Shown here: one piece after another, positions 1 through 9,107 of the stretch
Layout of the letters: each line of letters begins with the position of its first letter
Numbering within the stretch: the stretch's first letter is position 1
Origin: Nocardioides sp.
GTDB lineage: Bacteria > Actinomycetota > Actinomycetes > Propionibacteriales > Nocardioidaceae
Length of the DNA stretch: 53,297 nucleotides
Assembly (NCBI GenBank): GCA_036271155.1
Contig: DATBBE010000136.1
Span: 1 to 53,297, forward strand
Reading direction: 5' to 3'
Translations under genes and position numbers: made by a program
Notes under the pieces: generated by a model
What the model saw: only the letters and a program-made list of their open reading frames with translations
Databases searched by the model: none
What the model was told of the DNA's origin: nothing

Positions 1-1
1 G

Positions 2-748
2 CGTGCGGTGCGCGACGGTGACGACTACGTCATCGACGGCACCAAGCACTTCATCAGCCACGCCGACAAGTCCGACTTCGTCGTCCTGTTCGCGGTCACC
101 GGTCAGGAGGAGGTGCGTGGTCGCAAGGTCAACCTGATCACTGGGTTCCTGGTCGACCTCGACACCGACGGCCTGACCGTCGTCCCCGGTCCGTACAGCG
201 TCTCCCACCGCGGCTACCACCACAGCGAGCTGGTCTTCGAGGGCTGCCGGGTGCCCGCCGCCAACCGGCTGGGCGAGGAGGGCAAGGGCTTCGACCTGAT
301 GGGCGACTGGCTCGGCGCCAGCCGGCTCACGGTGGCGGCGACCAGCGTCGGTCGGGCCCGCCGCGTGTTCGAGACAGCAACGCAGTGGGCCGCGACGCGC
401 GAGCAGTTCGGACAGCAGATCGGCAAGTTCCAGGGCGTGGGCTTCCAGCTCGCCGACATGGTCACCGAGCTCGAGGCAGCCGAGATGCTGACGCTGCGCG
501 CGGCGTGGAAGCTCGACCAGGGCACGATGACCGACCAGGACGCCGCGATGGCCAAGCTGTTCGCCTCGGAGATGCTGGGCCGGATGACAGACCGGGCTCT
601 GCAGATCCACGGCGGTGCCGGGTTGATGGCCGAGCTCCCGGTCGAGCGCTGGTGGCGCGACGCGCGCGTCGAGCGCATCTGGGACGGCACCAGCGAGGTG
701 CAGCGGCACATCATCAGCCGCTCGCTGCTGCGACCGCTCGGTGCCTGA
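2..748 (+). CDS. Acyl-CoA dehydrogenase (5'-truncated by window edge)
   Basis: GTKHFISHA, REQFGQQIGKFQGV, QIHGGAG and RIWDGTSEVQR motifs of the ACAD family; frame is open from position 2. Confidence 0.92.
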   Translation, partial: RAVRDGDDYVIDGTKHFISHADKSDFVVLFAVTGQEEVRGRKVNLITGFLVDLDTDGLTVVPGPYSVSHRGYHHSELVFEGCRVPAANRLGEEGKGFDLMGDWLGASRLTVAATSVGRARRVFETATQWAATREQFGQQIGKFQGVGFQLADMVTELEAAEMLTLRAAWKLDQGTMTDQDAAMAKLFASEMLGRMTDRALQIHGGAGLMAELPVERWWRDARVERIWDGTSEVQRHIISRSLLRPLGA

Positions 749-2852
749 GGTCCCTGTGCCCGACAGCTCCTCCGGGACGGCGCGCGTCCGCCGGCTCCTG
801 AACCCGCGCAGCATCGCGGTGGTCGGGGGGCGGGCCGCGGAGGTGGCCGTCCAGCAGTGCCGCGCCATCGGGTACGCCGGCGACCTGTGGCCGGTGAACC
901 CGTCCCGCGAGCAGATGGGAGGGGTGCCGTGCTTCACCGATCTGGCTGCCCTTCCCGGGGTGCCGGACGCCGCGTTCGTGTCCGTCAACCGCGAGCGCTC
1001 GATCGAGGTCGTGGCGGAGCTCGCGAGACTCGGCGTCGCCGGGGTCGTCTGCCACGCCTCGGGGTACGCCGAGGACGGTGCGGAGGGCGCGAGCCTGCAG
1101 CGCGGGCTGGTCGCTGCCGCCGGCGACATGGCGCTGGTCGGGCCGAACACGCTGGGCTTCGTCAACTACCTCGACGGGGCGGCGCTGTGGCCGGAGCAGC
1201 AGGGCGGGGAGCGCGTCTCGAGCGGAGTCGCCCTGATCGCGCAGAGCGGCAACATCACCGAGAACCTCACCATGCAACGGCGCTCCCTTCCGGTCGCGAC
1301 CCTGGTCACCATCGGCAACAGCGCGGTCACCGGCGTCGTCGAGCTGGTCGAGGCGATGCTCGACGACCCTCGGATCACCGCGATCGGGCTGTGCCTGGAG
1401 GAGATCCCGGAGGTCTCGGCGTTCTCCCGGGTCGCGATCGAGGCGCTGCGCCGGCGGGTCCCCCTCGTGGCACTCAAGTCCGGCTCCTCCGAGCTGGGCG
1501 CCCAGGTGACCTTGAGCCACACCAGCTCCCTCGCGGACTCCGACGTGCTCGTCGACGCGCTCTTCGACCGGCTCGGGATCGCCCGCGTCCACGATGTCGA
1601 GACGCTGCTGGAGACCCTCAAGCTGATGCATGTCCACGGCTGTCGGCCGGGCCGGCGGATCACCTCAGCGAGCTGCTCGGGCGGTGAGGCGGCGCTGATG
1701 GCCGACCTCGCCCACCGCATCGGCCTCGACATGCCGGCCCTCGACGAGCAGACGCGCGCGCGGCTGCGCGACGTCCTCGGCGAACGAGTGGCGGTGCGCA
1801 ACCCGCTGGACTACCACACCTACATCTGGGGCGACGGCGACCGGCTCACCGAGTGCTTCACCTCGCTCCTCGACGCGGGCCTCGACCACCATCTGCTGAT
1901 GCTGGACTTCCCCCGCGCCGACCGCTGCGACGTCGATGAGTTCGAGACCACGGTGGCGGCGTTCGAGAGCGCCCAGCGGAAGACGGGCGCCCGCGCGTGC
2001 GTCGTGTCCTCGCTGCCGGAGTCGATGCCGGAGGAGACCGGGCGGCGGCTCCTCGCGGCGGGGATCGCGCCGATGCAGGGCATCGGCTCCTGCCTGTCCG
2101 CGATCGCCGCGGCCGACCGCGTGGGGGTCGCCCAGGCAGGCGTCGAGACGATCCTGCCGCTGCCGGCTCCGGGCTCCCCGCCCGGAGGAGCGGTGGTCGC
2201 GTGGGACGAGGTCGAGGCGAAGGCGGCGCTCGCGACGTACGGCGTCCCGGTGCCGGCTTCGGCGGTCGCCGACCGCGTCGACCAGCTGCCCGCGCTGGCC
2301 ACCGGCCTCGGCTTTCCGGTGGTGCTCAAGGCCGTGTCGGCGGAGATCGCGCACAAGTCCGAGGTCGGAGGTGTCGCCCTCGACCTCGGCTCCGAGGACG
2401 CCGTACGCCGTGCCGCCGCCGGCATGGCCGGCCTCGCGTCGTCGGATCCGGGTCAGCGGTTCGTGGTCGAGCAGATGGTGGGCGGCGCCGTGCTCGAGCT
2501 GCTGGTCGGGGTGCAGCGCGACCAGCGGCTCGGGCTGGGCCTGACGCTCGGCGCGGGCGGCATCCTGGTCGAGCTGGTCGACGACACCGCGACCCTGCTG
2601 CTGCCGGCGACCCGGGCGGAGATCCGCGCCGCGCTCACCGGGCTGCGGGTCGGCCCGGTGCTCGAGGGGTTCCGTGGTCGGAGCGCCGACCTCGACGCGG
2701 TCGTCGCTGCCGTGGAGGCGATCGCCGCCTTCGCGATCGACCACGCCGACCGGCTCGTCGAGCTCGAGGTCAACCCGTTGCTCGTGCTGCCCGAGGGCGC
2801 GATGGCGGTCGACGCGCTGATCCGCTTGGCTGAGCCCGAGGAGGCATCGTGA
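741..2852 (+). CDS. Acetate--CoA ligase family (NDP-forming acyl-CoA synthetase, fused CoA-binding + ATP-grasp)
   Basis: LLNPRSIAVVG, GPNTLG, SHTSSLA phospho-His segment, NPLDY, HKSEVGGV, ELEVNPL; overlaps the upstream stop. Confidence 0.88.
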   Translation: MPEVPVPDSSSGTARVRRLLNPRSIAVVGGRAAEVAVQQCRAIGYAGDLWPVNPSREQMGGVPCFTDLAALPGVPDAAFVSVNRERSIEVVAELARLGVAGVVCHASGYAEDGAEGASLQRGLVAAAGDMALVGPNTLGFVNYLDGAALWPEQQGGERVSSGVALIAQSGNITENLTMQRRSLPVATLVTIGNSAVTGVVELVEAMLDDPRITAIGLCLEEIPEVSAFSRVAIEALRRRVPLVALKSGSSELGAQVTLSHTSSLADSDVLVDALFDRLGIARVHDVETLLETLKLMHVHGCRPGRRITSASCSGGEAALMADLAHRIGLDMPALDEQTRARLRDVLGERVAVRNPLDYHTYIWGDGDRLTECFTSLLDAGLDHHLLMLDFPRADRCDVDEFETTVAAFESAQRKTGARACVVSSLPESMPEETGRRLLAAGIAPMQGIGSCLSAIAAADRVGVAQAGVETILPLPAPGSPPGGAVVAWDEVEAKAALATYGVPVPASAVADRVDQLPALATGLGFPVVLKAVSAEIAHKSEVGGVALDLGSEDAVRRAAAGMAGLASSDPGQRFVVEQMVGGAVLELLVGVQRDQRLGLGLTLGAGGILVELVDDTATLLLPATRAEIRAALTGLRVGPVLEGFRGRSADLDAVVAAVEAIAAFAIDHADRLVELEVNPLLVLPEGAMAVDALIRLAEPEEAS

Positions 2853-3634
2853 CCGAGGCAGTGCACACCGAGGCGAGAGACGGCGTCCTCGTCGTCACCC
2901 TCGACCGGCCCAGCGCCAACGCGATCGACGTGTCGACGAGCCTGGCGCTGTACGACGCGTTCGCGAGGCTGGAGTCCGACGCGTCGCTGCGTGTGGGGAT
3001 CGTGACCGGGGCCGGCGAGCGGTTCTTCTCAGCAGGCTGGGACCTCAAGGCGGCCGCGGCCGGTGAGGCGGTCGACGCCGACCACGGTCCGGGTGGCTTC
3101 GCCGGGCTCACCGAGCTCTTCGGGCGCACCAAGCCCGTGATCGCCGCCGTCAACGGCCTCGCTCTGGGTGGCGGTCTCGAGCTGGCGCTCGCCGCCGACC
3201 TGGTGGTCATGGCCGAGCACGCCGAGCTCGCGCTGCCCGAGGTGCGGGTGGGGGTGGTCGCCGACTCCGGGGGTCTCCTGCGGCTGCCACGTCGGCTCCC
3301 CGAGGCCGTGGCGCGCGAGCTGCTCCTGACCGGGCGCCGGATGAGCGCCGACGAGGCCGGGGGCTGGGGCCTGGCCAACCGCGTGGTCCCAGGGGCTCAG
3401 CTCATCGACGCCGCCCTCGCGCTCGCCGCGGAGATCCGCGCCGGCGCCCCGCTGGCCGTCGCCGCGGTGCAGGAGGTGCTGGCCGCGACCTCCGGCCTCG
3501 ACGTGAAGGAAGGCTTCGCCCGGATGCGCTCGGGCGATCTGCCGGCGTACCGCGCGATGCTGACGTCCGAAGACGCCCTCGAGGGCCCGCGCGCCTTCTC
3601 CGAGAAGCGGCCCCCGGAGTGGCAAGGGCGCTGA
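2849..3634 (+). CDS. Enoyl-CoA hydratase, carnitinyl-CoA dehydratase (CaiD)-like
   Basis: FSAGWDLKAAA, GGFAGLTE, AVNGLALGGGLE, SEDALEGPRAFSEKR; GTGA overlap with the ligase. Confidence 0.85.
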   Translation: MTEAVHTEARDGVLVVTLDRPSANAIDVSTSLALYDAFARLESDASLRVGIVTGAGERFFSAGWDLKAAAAGEAVDADHGPGGFAGLTELFGRTKPVIAAVNGLALGGGLELALAADLVVMAEHAELALPEVRVGVVADSGGLLRLPRRLPEAVARELLLTGRRMSADEAGGWGLANRVVPGAQLIDAALALAAEIRAGAPLAVAAVQEVLAATSGLDVKEGFARMRSGDLPAYRAMLTSEDALEGPRAFSEKRPPEWQGR

Positions 3635-3725
3635 CCCCTCCGGCACCCCGTCAGAGTCGGAGGACAATGCGTACGCCCCCATCGCCCCATGAATCCCACC
3701 AGCCCCACCGTGAGGGCACTTCTGG

Positions 3726-3786
3726 CGCTTCTCGGGCGTTGCAACGCCTGAGAAGCGACGGGATACCCGGCTCACCGGGTATCCCG
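3726..3786. terminator. Two adjacent GC-rich hairpins between convergent genes
   Basis: CGCTTCTCGGGCGTTG/CAACGCCTGAGAAGCG (3726-3757) and CGGGATACCCGG-ctca-CCGGGTATCCCG (3759-3786). Confidence 0.6.
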
Positions 3787-3811
3787 ACGGACCCCCGGCG
3801 ACCCCCGGCGT

Positions 3812-4777
3812 TCAGGCAGGTTCGTCCGCGTTTTCTCCCGCGGTCGGCTCCCCTGCCCGGACGACGATGACGCCACCGAGAAGCAGGAGGCCGCCGAGCA
3901 GCTGGATGGCGTGGGGCAGCTGGCCGAGCAGCAGCCAGGCGAAGACCACGCTGAAGAGCACCTCGAACAACCCGAGGAACGAGGCCAGTCGGGCACCGAG
4001 GGCGCGGCTCGCGAGGACGCCTGAGACGTAGGAGACCGCGGCGGTGATGACTCCCAGGGCGAGCACCGCGACCCACCACACCACGTGGGCGCCGTTGTAC
4101 GTCGCGGCCGAGGTCGACGCCGACATGTCCACCAGCCCGACGAGGCCGGCCAGCCCCAGCAGGACCGAGCCCACGGTCAGCCCCCCGGCGGCCAGGACGA
4201 CGGGTGGCAGACCGTTCTCCTCCCCCGACGAGACCACGAAGAAGAACGCACAGCCGACCATCCCGCCGAGAGCCCACAGGACGCCGATGCCGTCGACCGA
4301 CCCGACAGCGAAGACGTCGAGCACCAGGAGGAGCCCGGTGATCGCGACGGCGGCGCCCGCCAGCGTGAGGCGAGACGGCGCCTGGTGGTGCCGTGCCCAC
4401 ATCCAGCACACGACCGCGACCGGCGCGACGTACTCGACCAGGATCGCGATGGCCACCGGCAGTCGCTCGATGGCGTTGAAGTAGGCGAACTGGCATCCGG
4501 CCACGGCCACGAACCCGAACGCGACCAGGAACCCCGCGTTGGCCCGGAGCAGGTGCCAGCGCCCTCGCAGCGACACGGCTGCCGGGCCGGCGAGGGCGAG
4601 CGCGCCCACACCGATCCGGCACAGCACCAGCGCGGCCGGAGACCAGCCAGCGTCGAGCAGACCCGCAGCGAGCGCTCCGGAGAGACCGAACGAGGCGGCC
4701 GCGAGCATCGCGTAGGCGAGACCTACCCGAGCACGCGTGGCAGCGTGAACGGGGGTGTCATGAGTCATCGTCGCCAT
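3812..4777 (-). CDS. EamA/DMT family transporter
   Basis: About 10 hydrophobic helices in two EamA repeats (YFNAIERLPVAIAILVEYVAP; FAWLLLGQ). Confidence 0.88.
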   Translation of the reverse strand: MATMTHDTPVHAATRARVGLAYAMLAAASFGLSGALAAGLLDAGWSPAALVLCRIGVGALALAGPAAVSLRGRWHLLRANAGFLVAFGFVAVAGCQFAYFNAIERLPVAIAILVEYVAPVAVVCWMWARHHQAPSRLTLAGAAVAITGLLLVLDVFAVGSVDGIGVLWALGGMVGCAFFFVVSSGEENGLPPVVLAAGGLTVGSVLLGLAGLVGLVDMSASTSAATYNGAHVVWWVAVLALGVITAAVSYVSGVLASRALGARLASFLGLFEVLFSVVFAWLLLGQLPHAIQLLGGLLLLGGVIVVRAGEPTAGENADEPA

Positions 4778-4816
4778 GGTTCATGACGCTACGGGCGCAG
4801 GGTGTAATCTGTCAAC

Positions 4817-5347
4817 GTGGTTTTCACCCATGACACCGAGTCTGCGCTGCTGGCGGCCGTGGCGCTGGTGAACTCCGCCGAGGAGCCCGACACCCTGACC
4901 AGCATCGGCGACCTCGCGTCGTTCCTCGACGACCACGAGTTCACCGGCACCCGGCTCGGGAACGACGCCGAGCTGACGGCCGTGCGCGACCTGCGGCCAC
5001 GACTGCGGGCGCTGCTCACCAGCGACCGCGACGAAGCCGCCACGCTCGTCAACCACCTGCTCGGCGAGGAGCACGCACTCCCCCAGCTGGTGCGCCACGG
5101 CGAGCACGACTGGCACGTGCACGCGGTGGCACCGGACGCGCCGTTGGCCACGCGGATGGCGGTCGAGGCGGCGATGGCGATGATCGACGTGATCCGGGCC
5201 GACGAGATGTCCCGACTCGACGTGTGTGCCGACGACGACTGCCGCGGACTCGTCCTCGACCTCTCCCGCAACCGGTCGCGCCGCTTCTGCAGCACGACCT
5301 GCGGCAACCGCGCCGCCGTCGCGGCCTATCGCGCCCGGCAGCGCTGA
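4817..5347 (+). CDS. CGNR zinc finger (ABATE) domain protein, probable regulator
   Basis: CADDDC...DLSRNRSRRFCSTTCGNRAAVAAYRAR; divergent from EamA. Confidence 0.9.
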   Translation: MVFTHDTESALLAAVALVNSAEEPDTLTSIGDLASFLDDHEFTGTRLGNDAELTAVRDLRPRLRALLTSDRDEAATLVNHLLGEEHALPQLVRHGEHDWHVHAVAPDAPLATRMAVEAAMAMIDVIRADEMSRLDVCADDDCRGLVLDLSRNRSRRFCSTTCGNRAAVAAYRARQR

Positions 5348-5351
5348 GCCG

Positions 5352-6158
5352 ATGGGCGCTCCTCCCGGACACGTGGCTGTGATCGGGGCGTCCGGAAAGA
5401 CGGGTCGGGCGATCTCGGCTGCACTGACGCAGCGAGGGTGCGCGGTCGTCTCCGTCGGACGCGCCGCATGGCCGCGCCTGCCTGAGGTGCTCGCGGGCTG
5501 CGACGCGGTCAGCGTGGTCGCACCGAACCTGCACCCCGACGAGCCGGCGTTCGTGGGCGAGGTGCTGGCGGCGGCTGAGGTCGCCGGCGTCGAGCGGGTC
5601 GTCTACCACTCGGTCGCCGCGCCGTACGCCCCGTCGATGCCGCACCATCTCGGGAAGGCCCGGGCCGAGGACGCCGTCCGTCGCTCCGCATCCGCCTGGA
5701 CGATCCTCCAGCCCTGCGCCTACGTCCAGAACTTCCTGCCGGCGCTGCGCTCCGGCGCCGCCACGCTCGCCGTGCCCTACGACGTACGCCGGAGGTTCGG
5801 GCTGGTGGATCTCGCCGACATCGCCGAGGCGACCGCGACCGTGCTGCTCGGCGAGGGCCACATCGGCGCGACCTACGAGCTGGGTGGGCGGGTGCCCGCC
5901 TCGGTCGCCGATGTCGCGGCGGCTGCCAGCGGGGTGCTCGGCCGCAGGGTGACCGCCGTGCGCATCGACCCGGAGGCGTGGGCGACAAGCGAGGGGGCGG
6001 CCCTCGACCCCCGCGAGCGGACCTGGCTGACGGCGATGTTCCGCTACTACGACGAGCACGGCCTGCCGGCAGGCGGTCGGGTGCTGCGCGACCTGCTCGG
6101 TGCGCCCGCCACGTCACTGAGCCACACCCTGCGACGCGAGCTGACTGGTCCAGGCTGA
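5352..6158 (+). CDS. NmrA-like NAD(P)H-binding protein
   Basis: VIGASGKTG Rossmann motif, YHSV, WTILQP..YVQN; ATG at 5352 lies just after the CGNR stop. Confidence 0.82.
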   Translation: MGAPPGHVAVIGASGKTGRAISAALTQRGCAVVSVGRAAWPRLPEVLAGCDAVSVVAPNLHPDEPAFVGEVLAAAEVAGVERVVYHSVAAPYAPSMPHHLGKARAEDAVRRSASAWTILQPCAYVQNFLPALRSGAATLAVPYDVRRRFGLVDLADIAEATATVLLGEGHIGATYELGGRVPASVADVAAAASGVLGRRVTAVRIDPEAWATSEGAALDPRERTWLTAMFRYYDEHGLPAGGRVLRDLLGAPATSLSHTLRRELTGPG

Positions 6159-6203
6159 GGCTTCCGGACGCACCTCGTCCGCAATCGTGGCTACCGTGCT
6201 GCC

Positions 6204-6560
6204 ATGGCCATCGCACGCTTTCCTGCCTTCGTCCTCGACTGCCCAGACCCCCGCGCTCTCGCCACCTTCTACGGCGCGCTGCTCGACTGGCCCGTCAAGG
6301 CCGACGACGGCTGGGCGGACATCCGCGCCGACTACGGCGACTGCATCAGCTTCCAGAAGGTCGAGGGGTACACGTCCCCTCAGTGGCCAGCGCAGGATGT
6401 CCCTCAGCAGATGCACCTCGACGTGGTCGTCGAGGATCTCGACGCCGCCGAGGCGGCCGTCCTCGAGCTGGGCGCCACCAAGCACGACCACCAGCCGGGT
6501 ACGACGTTCCGGGTCTTCCTCGACCCGGCCGGGCATCCGTTCTGCCTGTGCGTGAGCTGA
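6204..6560 (+). CDS. VOC/glyoxalase family protein
   Basis: LDCPDPRALATFY, QQMHLDV, DPAGHPFCL. Confidence 0.9.
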   Translation: MAIARFPAFVLDCPDPRALATFYGALLDWPVKADDGWADIRADYGDCISFQKVEGYTSPQWPAQDVPQQMHLDVVVEDLDAAEAAVLELGATKHDHQPGTTFRVFLDPAGHPFCLCVS

Positions 6561-6561
6561 G

Positions 6562-7158
6562 GTGAGCGTGGTTTCGACGGGCACCACCGACGGGCTCACG
6601 GTGCGTCCGCTGACCGCGGAGACCTGGGAGGCGTTCGCGGACCTCGTCGAGCGCCACAACGGCGTGTTCGGCGGCTGCTGGTGCACGTACTTCCAGACCA
6701 TGCAGTCCGAGAAGACCTTCGAGGCAGCGAGCAACCGCGAGCTCAAGGAGCGGCTGGTCCGCGAGGGCAGGGCCCACGCCGCCCTCGTCTTCGACAGGGA
6801 CGTCGCCGTCGGGTGGGCGGAGTTCGGCTCCTGCGCGGAGCTGCCGAACATCTACCACCGCAAGCAGTACGACGACGAGGCAGACCTGACACCGGACTAC
6901 CGGATCACCTGCATCTTCACCGACAAGAGGTACCGCCGACGTGGCGTCGCCAAGGAGGCGTTGGGAGGGGCGCTCGACCTGATCGCGCGAGCCGGCGGCG
7001 GCGTCGTCGAGGGCTACCCCCACGACCCCGCCGGGAAGCGGGTCGCGGTGCTCTACAACGGCACCCGGGGCATGTTCGAGGAGGCCGGCTTCGAGCTGGT
7101 CCGCACCAAGGGCCAGCGCAACACCGTGATGCGCAGGACGGTCTCTCCCGCTGGTTGA
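6562..7158 (+). CDS. GNAT family N-acetyltransferase
   Basis: GCWC motif, ITCIFTDKRYRRRGVA acetyl-CoA motif, VEGYP, FEEAGF. Confidence 0.85.
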   Translation: MSVVSTGTTDGLTVRPLTAETWEAFADLVERHNGVFGGCWCTYFQTMQSEKTFEAASNRELKERLVREGRAHAALVFDRDVAVGWAEFGSCAELPNIYHRKQYDDEADLTPDYRITCIFTDKRYRRRGVAKEALGGALDLIARAGGGVVEGYPHDPAGKRVAVLYNGTRGMFEEAGFELVRTKGQRNTVMRRTVSPAG

Positions 7159-7166
7159 CTGGCGGC

Positions 7167-7535
7167 ATGACGTGGACCGACGACGAGCTGCTGGACGCCG
7201 TACGTCGCGCCCTCGCCGGAGCCCGTCCCGCTGCGTCGGCGTCGGGTCAGCGCGGTCCCCTGAGCAGGTCATGGGACTTCGCGGGTGCCGACGTCGTGCA
7301 CGGCGCGATCCGCGTGTTCTTCACCGTGGGGCCGAACCGGTGGGCCTTGTGGGCGGTGGACTACTCCCTCGACGACCTTCCAGCCGGGCCGAACACCGGA
7401 GCTCCGTGTGACTCGGCCGCCGAGTGGGCTGGCGAGATCTGGACCGACATGGACGAGCAGATCGACACCGGAGCCCTCCTCCGTGCGCAACGGTCCATCG
7501 GACCGGACGGGGTCGCGCTCGTGCGCTGGCGCTGA
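7167..7535 (+). CDS. Hypothetical protein (122 aa)
   Basis: ATG 8 nt after the GNAT stop; protein-like composition in the 3' part of ORF 6681..7535; no family recognised. Confidence 0.6.
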   Translation: MTWTDDELLDAVRRALAGARPAASASGQRGPLSRSWDFAGADVVHGAIRVFFTVGPNRWALWAVDYSLDDLPAGPNTGAPCDSAAEWAGEIWTDMDEQIDTGALLRAQRSIGPDGVALVRWR

Positions 7536-7547
7536 GAGCCGGCTGGC

Positions 7548-8333
7548 TCAGCGGCGGGCGCCGTCGAGGAAGCGGCGGAGCACCTCCAAGAAGACCTCGG
7601 GCTGCTCGGAGTGGACCCAGTGGCCGGCCTGCTTGACCGTCACCAGGCGGTTGGCGGGGAACAGGCGGTCCATCGCGTCGGCGTACGCCGGCTGCACGTA
7701 GTCGGAGCGCGCTCCGGCGACCCACAGCACCGGACCCTGGTACGGCGGGGTGTCGGCCAGCTGGTCCTGCGGCCACCCGCCGATCACGGGGAGCCCCGCC
7801 CCGAGCACCTCGAGGTTGGCCTGCCAGCGCCAGCCGTCACCGTCCCTACGCAGGTTCTGGAGCAGGAAGGCGCGCACCGTCGGGTCGGGCACGGACCCCG
7901 CCAGCGCGGTGTCGGCATCGCCGCGCGACGCCAGCGTCGCCAGGTCCAGCCCGCGCATGGCGTCGACGTACCCCTGGAACTCCGACAGGCGGTCGTAGGC
8001 GACCGGTGACACGTCGACCACGCACAGTCGCTCCACGAGGTCGGGATGCCGCAAGGCCAGCACCATGGCCACCTTCCCCCCGAGCGAGTGCCCGACCAGC
8101 CCTACCGGGTCGTCGGCGTCGAGCAGCTCGGCGACCTGGTCGGCGACCCGCAGGTAGTCGAAGGTGTCGTCCCAGCCGGAGCGGCCGTGGTGGGGCAGGT
8201 CGACGAGCAGCACCCGGTGCCGGTCGGCCAGGCCCTTGGCGACCTGCGTCCAGTTCCGCCCCTGACCGAAGAGTCCGTGCAGGAAGACCACCCGCGAGCC
8301 CCGCTCGCCGATGACCGTCGCGTGTGTCAGCAC
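7548..8333 (-). CDS. Alpha/beta hydrolase (YbfF-like esterase)
   Basis: FLHGLFGQGRNW, GHSLGG nucleophile elbow, AGHWVHSEQP; GTG start overlaps the upstream stop. Confidence 0.88.
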   Translation of the reverse strand: MLTHATVIGERGSRVVFLHGLFGQGRNWTQVAKGLADRHRVLLVDLPHHGRSGWDDTFDYLRVADQVAELLDADDPVGLVGHSLGGKVAMVLALRHPDLVERLCVVDVSPVAYDRLSEFQGYVDAMRGLDLATLASRGDADTALAGSVPDPTVRAFLLQNLRRDGDGWRWQANLEVLGAGLPVIGGWPQDQLADTPPYQGPVLWVAGARSDYVQPAYADAMDRLFPANRLVTVKQAGHWVHSEQPEVFLEVLRRFLDGARR

Positions 8334-9106
8334 CACCGGCGTACGCCGTGCCTGGTCAGCTCGACGTCGCGGCGCACCACCGCAATCTGGTCGCCCACGT
8401 GCTGGCAGGTCCAGCGGAACGCCTGGTCGTGGTACTCGACCGCCAGCACGTGGCGGCCGTAGTGGTCGACGTACGACGCGCACTCGCGGTACTGCCCACA
8501 CTGCTCGGCGACCGCGAAGTCGAACCCGACCCGCGTCCCGTCCCACTCCGCCCAGTTCTTCTGCGCGGCGGCCAGCCCGGCTGCGTGCGCGCCCTTCACC
8601 AGCAGCGCGGCGTACCGCTTGTTGTCGCGTGGGGTGAGCAGGTGGTGGCTGCGGCTGAACGAGTCGAGGTTGTCGTACTCCACCGCGTCGAAGCCGTCCT
8701 TGGCACACCGGTCGGTCCAGCGGCCCATGACCGCCGCGAGCGCCTTCCGCTTCGCGGCCGTCCGGGTGTCCAGCAGCCACTCACCCCAGACCGAGTCGAC
8801 CACCGGCCGGCCGCCGTCCTTCAGGACGAGCCTCCAGTGCCGATGCCAGAACCGCTTCTGCTCGACCTGGGTCTGGTAGCCGTTGACGTAGCAGATGTCG
8901 TACTTCCCGGGGAGCGGCTTGGCGAGCCGGTCGCGCTCGACGATGCCGACGTGAGCCGGCACCGGCCGAGCCCCGCCGAGCTGGTAGTCCCAGTCGGTGC
9001 CGACCGGCGGCAGGGTGACGGACCTCCCGGCGTACGCCGGCGCGAGGAGGCCGGTGAGAACGAGCAGCACGACCGGAAGCACCGGAGCGAGAAGGGATCT
9101 CCGCAT
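8327..9106 (-). CDS. Secreted endo-alpha-1,4-polygalactosaminidase (GH114-like)
   Basis: Signal peptide, WDYQLGG, ICYVNGYQTQ, GFDAVEYDNLDS, QKN, AVAEQC. Confidence 0.82.
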   Translation of the reverse strand: MRRSLLAPVLPVVLLVLTGLLAPAYAGRSVTLPPVGTDWDYQLGGARPVPAHVGIVERDRLAKPLPGKYDICYVNGYQTQVEQKRFWHRHWRLVLKDGGRPVVDSVWGEWLLDTRTAAKRKALAAVMGRWTDRCAKDGFDAVEYDNLDSFSRSHHLLTPRDNKRYAALLVKGAHAAGLAAAQKNWAEWDGTRVGFDFAVAEQCGQYRECASYVDHYGRHVLAVEYHDQAFRWTCQHVGDQIAVVRRDVELTRHGVRRWC

Positions 9107-9107
9107 G

